Source: Eledone cirrhosa
Taxonomy: Eukaryota
Direction: 5' to 3'
Assembly (NCBI GenBank): GCA_964016885.1
Contig: OZ024755.1
Span: 30,380,001-30,444,000, forward strand
Length of the DNA: 64,000 nt
The position numbers were made by a program, and so were the translations under genes. Below, one piece after another: positions 55,794-64,000 of this stretch. The notes below the pieces were generated by a model. It was not told where the DNA came from. It was given only the letters and a program-made list of their open reading frames with translations, and ran no database searches. Within the stretch, counting starts at the first letter, position 1, and each line of letters begins with the position of its first letter.

Positions 55794-55906
55794 TGCTCTG
55801 AGGAAACGGTAGAAGCAACATTTGAAAATTGAGTTTCTGCAAATAATTACCATTTTGCACATAGCATGTCTAGCCTGTATAACTACTGTTGAAACATTTG
55901 TAAGCA
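55794..55906 (+). ncRNA. Hammerhead ribozyme with 70-nt stem II insert (family F); second copy 55368-55479 (-)
   Basis: TGCT-CTGAGGA-AACGGTAG-(70 nt)-CTACTGTT-GAAA-CATTTG-TA/AGCA. Core intact in both copies. Confidence 0.8.
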
Positions 55907-57638
55907 CTCGGAATAAATTACATTTTTAAGATGTCTACCTGTTATTATCCATTCTTTACATAGAAGATCCCGTTAAGGGTGAAAGCAGCGATTCTTTGCT
56001 TAAACTTTTATCTGTTATTTTAATAAATATATATATAAAGAATGACGTTAAAATGTAAATACCCTTGTATTTCTTAAAGGAAGTTTCTTAAAGGAAGTTA
56101 TTGGGAAGTTATTGGGGAAGATAGAGTAGAAAAGGAAGAGAGAAAGGGGAGACAGATATATATATATATATATATTGATAGATCACTAGTTATTGAAATA
56201 TATATGTAATGTAGATACACTGTTATGTATTATTTTATAATATTTCAAGATTCATCGTCTTGCTATCTTTTTCATATGTAGTTAATGTACAGCCATTGGC
56301 TACATGTACACTAAATTTCATTACGATGTTAGAATCATCGTATTTGTTTAGTTTTAATGTGATAGCCTGTTTTGCCTTGTGGTTATATATCTATTATTGT
56401 AAAGTGCAGAGAAAATATATAAAATGTCCTATTGGTAGCATTATGATTTTCTAAACCATTTCTTTTATACATTTTGTGTGTTTTCTTATGCTATGCTAAA
56501 TCAGTTTATTTGCTTTGGAAATGATTTCGTTAAAGAATATTTTTACCTATTACTCTGTAAGGAAAATATACCTATTTTGGGGAAATCTAATTGTAAATGG
56601 TTGAAGAAGTAGAATATAGATTTCTGCATATCTCTATTCATATACGATGGTAAAGTAATAGTTCTATTCGTATAAATATTGTTTTCATAGGTTTGATTGT
56701 TGAAACTGCCTTGAGACTAGAACCTCATGTGGCTATGGCTTATCTTGGTTCAGTGATTTCACAAAAATGTCGTATATATTTGATAGATAGGGAATTTTTT
56801 TTATTGTAACTGACATGCTTTTAGTAAAAATCACTAAATGAAACCCTGTCAAAATAACATTGATAATGCTTTCCATCCACTAATCCTCCTCCGAAACTTA
56901 TTGGTTTTTTCATGGCATTTGACACTATATATTACTAATATTTTGAGAGATGGATGCGCAGATTTAGCTGACTGACGAAGAATAATGATGGTGGTTGGTG
57001 GTCGTGACCTTTGCCGTCCCTGCAATAATTATGAGATTGATTCTGAAGACACACAGCCTTTCAGTATTGGTTACTCACTTAATTATGGCTGTGACAAAGC
57101 TAAATAGTAAAACTATTTTCATAGTTGCACCAAATGTACTACTTCCAAAACGACTAGCACGAGAAATAGCAAAACAAGTAACATAACCAACACCCAGACA
57201 ACCACCACCACTGTTGCAGCCTAGAAGACGATGGCAACCACCATCACTGCAAAAAAACATTGTCATATTCATAAAATTGTTTCCTGGGCATTAGAGAAAA
57301 GTCACATTCAATAATACACTCCTGGGTACGATATGTCTACAAAGGAAGAGGTATTGCCAAGACTGGAACATGTTTATTCATAGGTATGCTCGATGTTGGC
57401 TGACTTGGCAGCTTAACACCAAATTCAGCGTCAACACCAATAGATGCAGTTAAAAAATAATCGCTCTTTCTGTAAAAGGATTTCCAAGAAAGATTACCGT
57501 ATTATCTTGAAGATATAATTATCTTCCTTAATCACTGGTTCCATCTCTGTAATCAGTGAAAGGATCAGATTTACAGTTATTATTGATCTATAGAATTAGT
57601 GCCCGGTTAGTAACATCATTGAGTCAAATATTTAATTT

Positions 57639-58633
57639 GTACCTAAAATTAATTGTTTCTACTTTAGGCACAAGGCCAGCAATTACCCAGTGCATTACTG
57701 GTACTTTATTTTATCGACCCCGTAAGGATGAAAGGCAAAGTCAACCTCGGCGGGATTTGAACTCAGATCGTAAAGAGACGTAACTATGCTGGAAAGCATG
57801 GCGTCCGACCCTCTACCGATACTGCCAATCCACCGTACCTAAAATTAATTGTTTCTACTTTAGGCACCAGGCCAGCAATTACCCAATGCATTACTGGTAC
57901 TTTATTTTATCGACCCCGTAAGGATGAAAGGCAAAGTCAACCTCGGCGGGATTTGAACTCAGATCGTAAAGAGACGTAACTATGCTGGAAAGCATGGCGT
58001 CCGACCCTCTACCGATACTGCCAATCCACCGTACCTAAAATTAATTGTTTCTACTTTAGGCACAAGGCCAGCAATTACCCAATGCATTACTGGTACTTTA
58101 TTTTATCGACCCCGTAAGGATGAAAGGCAAAGTCAACCTCGGCGGGATTTGAACTCAGATCGTAAAGAGATGTAACTATGCTGGAAAGCATGGCGTCCGA
58201 CCCTCTACCGATACTGCCAATCCACCGTACCTAAAATTAATTGTTTCTACTTTAGGCACAAGGTCAGCAATTACCCAATGCATTACTGGTACTATATTTT
58301 ATCGACCCCGTAAGGATGAAAGGCAAAGTCAACCTCGGCGGGATTTGAACTCAGATCGTAAAGAGACGTAACTATGCTGGAAAGCATGGCGTCCGACCCT
58401 CTACCGATACTGCCAATCCACCGTACCTAAAATTAATTGTTTCTACTTTAGGCACAAGGTCAGCAATTACCCAATGCATTACTGGTACTATATTTTATCG
58501 ACCCCGTAAGGATGAAAGGCAAAGTCAACCTCGGCGGGATTTGAACTCAGATCGTAAAGAGACGTAACTATGCTGGAAAGCATGGCGTCCGACCCTCTAC
58601 CGATACTGCCAATCCACCGTACCTAAAATTAAT
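57639..58633 (-). repeat. Tandem array of five SINE+TSD units, period 196 bp
   Basis: GTACCTAAAATTAAT starts at 57639, 57835, 58031, 58227, 58423 and 58619, with one SINE between each pair. Confidence 0.97.
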
Positions 58634-59226
58634 GTCACCACGCTGGTAATAATAGTTGTTATATTATGTCTAGGTTTAAATTCCTTATATTTTCCGGGTG
58701 TAATTAATGTCAAAATTGTTACGTTAATAGATTCCTCAACGTCAGCAATTATTCAAGTGAAAGAATATTTCAATTGGAAATAGAAACAATTTTTCCTTGT
58801 TTTCTTCTCCAGGACGTATTACATTATTAACACACACATACACACACACATACACACACACACATATATATATATATTTCAATAGGGTAATGATATATAT
58901 ATATATTTCAATAGGGTAATGATATATATATATATATTTCAATAGGGTAATGATATATATATGGAGTCGCAGAAACCAAATACTGGATTTTACCAACAGT
59001 CCAGGGTCCGGGTAAATTATCAATACATATATTTTTATTGTTTGACCCGAATTACTTGGTCGTTTGTTTTGGCTGTGCGGATGATCTGTTTAACCATCAT
59101 CTCAGTGTGTTTGGCCCTTAACGTATGTTGTAGCTCTGATTCACATGAATCATCGAGCGCTTGCCACACATATCGGACGTTGATTTTCGTTAATTCCTGA
59201 GCTGAAATACGATTCTCGCTAATTTA

Positions 59227-59273
<47 letters not shown>

Positions 59274-59959
59274 AAAATAATAAATTTGAAGACTAAAATC
59301 CAAAGAGGGCTCGATAAGGATAAATATATATCAAATATATAAGAACCCTAGAGCAAATATTTATTAAACACAGAACATCTCGTTAAGGGTTAAAGCAGCG
59401 ATTCTTTGCTTAAACTTTAATCTGTTATTTTAATAAATATATATATATATTTCATTATTTCAATAGAGTAATGGCGGCGGATTAGCAGTGTCAGTAGGGT
59501 CGGACAACATGTTTTGCAGCACAGAGTTACGTCCCTTTACGGACTGAGTTCAAATCTGGCCGAGGTTAACTTTGCCTTTCATCCTTATGGGGTCGATGAA
59601 ATAAAGTACCAGTAATGCACTGAGATAATTACTGGCCCTGTGGCAAAAGTAGAAACAATTATTTCAATAGTCATCTCCTGTATATCGGACTGCGGCTCCT
59701 TAAACCTTTGGTACATGGAGGTTTAGTTTTGTTCATATGGGTATATACTGCACACGTGTGGAATCAATGTCTAGTAATGCTATTTCCTGAGTATGTAATC
59801 ATGTGAGTATGAAAATGTCTGTTACAAACCTGTCAAATTTCCCCGTCCGACGGAGAAATTTGCAATAGACTTTGGGGTGGGTGAGAGATATCTTCTCTTG
59901 TGAAAATGGGTTCAGCTTTTATTATGTGAAATATCTCCATTTTGCCTCATTTCTCCTCG

Positions 59960-61020
<1,061 letters not shown>

Positions 61021-61319
61021 TCAGTCGTAGCTAATAAAATGTACTTTAAAACGATAAAAAAGAATAGTGACATTTACTTCTTTATATTTTTAAATAATAA
61101 TAATTGTATCTACTTTTGACACAAGGACAGCAATTACCCCATTGTATTACTGGTACTTTATTTTATCGACCCCGTAAGGATGAAAGGCAAAGTTAACCTC
61201 GACAGGTTTTGAACTCAGATCATAAAGGGCTGTAACTCTATGCTACAAAGCATGGCGTCCGACATTCTACCGATACTGCCAATCCACCAATGGCAACTAA
61301 TGACGGCAATAATTAAAAA

Positions 61320-61775
61320 AAAGGGAAACAAAAGGAAAGAAAGAATAAGGAAATATAGAGAAAAAAGAGAGAAAGGAAGAAAAATAACGGAAAGAGAAGG
61401 GGATGGCAAGAGCTCTGGTGTCGCAGAAGAGAGGGGAGGGGTGAAGGGGGAGGGTGATTGGAATTTGGGCCTAGGGAAAGAGGGCAGAAGTGCTGTGCCC
61501 TGCGGACAAGACGGCCAAAGCATTCCCGCGGACGATGGCTAGTGACAACCGCTGTAACAGGCACCCAACTAAATATATCACAAGGTGAAAAAGGAACAGA
61601 AAGCTGGCAAGTTGTTTTCTACAAGAATGCAACAACCAGTGGTCAGTACACTGACTGTGCAAATACCGATCGACTGTCGGTGAATGGAGTCTGTCGTCTA
61701 TGGGAGACAAAAGAACGCACTTTAGGTCAGATGAGATCTAAGGCGAGAGGACATGATCAGGTGGGAAGGTAAGAA
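61320..61775 (-). mobile_element. Second, decayed CRE-like 3' fragment
   Basis: LLQRLSLAIVRGNALAVLS motif on the minus strand, followed by a pyrimidine-rich 3' region. Confidence 0.7.
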
Positions 61776-62099
61776 TTTGTTACCATATCACAATCTTTTT
61801 CATGGATTATTTTCAGTCAGGCGCCCTACGCTCTACGTTGCAATCACTTTAAACCAGTGTTTCCCAACGTGGGCGCTGTTGTGTTGAAAGGGGGCGCTTT
61901 AAACAGATCCATATTTCAAAACACATTACAACTGCGATATCATATATTATATATTGAATGAGGAAACGATATGACCATTTTGATAACGAAAATGGCCTTC
62001 GCTCATGGTACAGTATTCCACGTCTAAATATTGTGTAACAAACATATATTCAGAGACAAAACAGTTATTGTAGGATATCTAACTGCAGTTGGCTTATAA

Positions 62100-63370
62100 T
62101 GTTGCCTTCGCTTCAATATGATGCAATTCACGCTAATTACTAAAACCCTACTTTAGCAGCACTTGAATGAAAAGTTACATGGTAGAAAATACGAAGTATG
62201 AGATATGTATGTGAAGTTTTAAGTCAATTCCTGGACATTGAAACGTTGTTCTATTCTGCCAAAATAGGGAATGGGGGTTTTGTTTATTTTTATTTATTCA
62301 CTGATTATTTGCGGTGATGGAAATGTATGCATATTTGATGGCCATGCTTACACATTTGTCAAAACTTTGAGAAGTATACGTGATGGATATAGGTGTAACA
62401 AATTTCCAGTTTATTTACCCATGTCTGTGTGTCTATGAATTGCATCAGTGAGTTTTCAGTATATCTTCCACGGAGATAAACCTCGGTAATGAAAATAATT
62501 AGATATAAGGAAGCCAAATGACAAATGATTAACGAACAAGATAAAATACCATTATTCGCATCTATTGCAAAATCATCCAACCAGGTTTTTGGACATGACT
62601 GTAAGCTAGAAACAATTATTTATACTAATAGAAATCAAATCTATTATGGTGCTAGAAAAGAGATTATTGTTGTGTTATTCGCATAATGAAAATGGCTTAT
62701 GATTATTGCAGCAAGTGATCCAAATGGGAGATAACACACAGTAAACAATTTCAGCAAAACGACGTTCGTTAGACTGGACAGATGGATATTACAGTATGAT
62801 ACTTACAGCAAGGAAAGTATTAATTTAATTAAAATAGGGATTAACATTCTTTTAAGTTAATTATCATGTGAATAATAAAGAGTACTCGTGTCAAGTCAAG
62901 AGTACTCAAACTATACGGCCATATAAAAAGATCAACTCATGGTGTGAGTAGGTTATGCCTGGAAGGAAGGTTGGCTGGTAAGAGAAGCAGAGGCCAGCAG
63001 CCAAAACGATGGCTTGACAATGTCAATTCATGAACTGGACTTGATCTTTGCTCTTTGAACTCTGCTGTTGGTGATCGAACTTTCTGGAGAGAGATATCAC
63101 ATGTTAATGCGCAGTCTGCAACTGACGGAGTTTAGCGTCAGAAAGAAGAATAATAAAGACATTTTGTTTGGTAGAATATTAACGTTAGGTGGTATACTAA
63201 ACTCGTCGCCCACTTTAAATCCCTCAGAAGTGTGGGTGTGTTTAACGAAGTGCACTCTGTCGCAAGCTTTTGACATATTCTCGGTTTACACATACATCCC
63301 TCCTTCCCTCCCAACATTCTTTGAGGCCTTAAAAATGGCCATATGCACTGCCGTTCTTCCCCTTTAACTA
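62100..63370 (-). mobile_element. Possible very old LINE APE-endonuclease remnant
   Basis: Weak motifs only (GREGGMYV, YLSP, LPFGS). No long ORF. Confidence 0.3.
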
Positions 63371-64000
63371 GACACTAAAAAGAAAGTTACTTATAGCTGG
63401 AAAATATTTTGAACTTTAACAAAAGTTGTGAATACGTCTGGTAAAGTAATTCTGAGCATAAAAAGTTTACAGGATAAATAATAAAATATTTATAGGATAA
63501 GTGATTTAAAATGATTAGTCCTGATAAACATCATTTCAGTTTCGTTTACGGCTACATAAACAGAAAATATAGTCGAATGATATCCTACAGGTAATCTATA
63601 TTTGGCCGAACAGATTGACAATCTGTTCTCACATAAAACTAATGAAATTCTTCTAAACAGAATTTAAGATTCATAATATAGCAATAGCACATTGCATTGC
63701 CGTTTTAACTCTCCATCTAATTCTTCTTCTCCTCTTTCTCATCCTTCTGTTTTCTTTCCCGTTAATATCATGTTTACTGATTTTATTACTACTGTTTATT
63801 GATCAAACTTGCAGGATTAAATAAACAATGCATTCTAGCAGGTGAAACTGAAAACCAAACGTACGGTAAATAATAGAAAACTAAAAATAAAGTGAAAGCA
63901 AGGGCCACAAGACATATTAAAATCTTTAACAAAAATAATACCCCGAGTAGATAATAATATTAATAATAAATTTAATATAAGGCTAGAATTTATAGGTGTT

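Noticed and set aside
56840-57400. Possible second exon or transposase remnant
   Set aside because: No convincing reading frame, splice pair or diagnostic motif.
57639-58633. Regular repeat-spacer pattern resembling a CRISPR array
   Set aside because: The apparent spacers are near-identical SINE copies, the context is eukaryotic, and there are no cas genes.

Overview
AT-rich, microsatellite-dense animal genomic DNA. The repeat landscape resembles a cephalopod (octopus-like) genome; this is an inference. Almost every ORF in the supplied track is a microsatellite artefact or a retroelement fragment. Only one credible host coding exon is visible (46515-46852, +, coiled-coil protein, unidentified). 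The rest is about 25 copies of a tRNA-headed SINE, a second SINE family, fragments of LINEs (R4/Dong, Tx1/L1, CR1, RTE, RTEX, CRE), a bipartite non-autonomous RTE family and a few MITE remnants. The main hidden signal is the set of short unique-looking islands, most of them between (TA)n tracts. They are terminal repeats of Penelope-like elements (PLEs) from about ten unrelated families, and each family carries its own type I hammerhead ribozyme, read here by eye: stem I-CUGANGA-stem II-GAAA-stem III-UH-stem I'. Several depart from the consensus (a CAGAAGA core, U.U at the base of stem II, 40-90 nt stem II inserts). Most copies are fold-back palindromes, often centred on ribozyme helices, and several sit next to inverted duplications of local DNA. 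One family is joined to a GIY-YIG endonuclease remnant. Ribozyme activity and all clade names still need computational or experimental confirmation.
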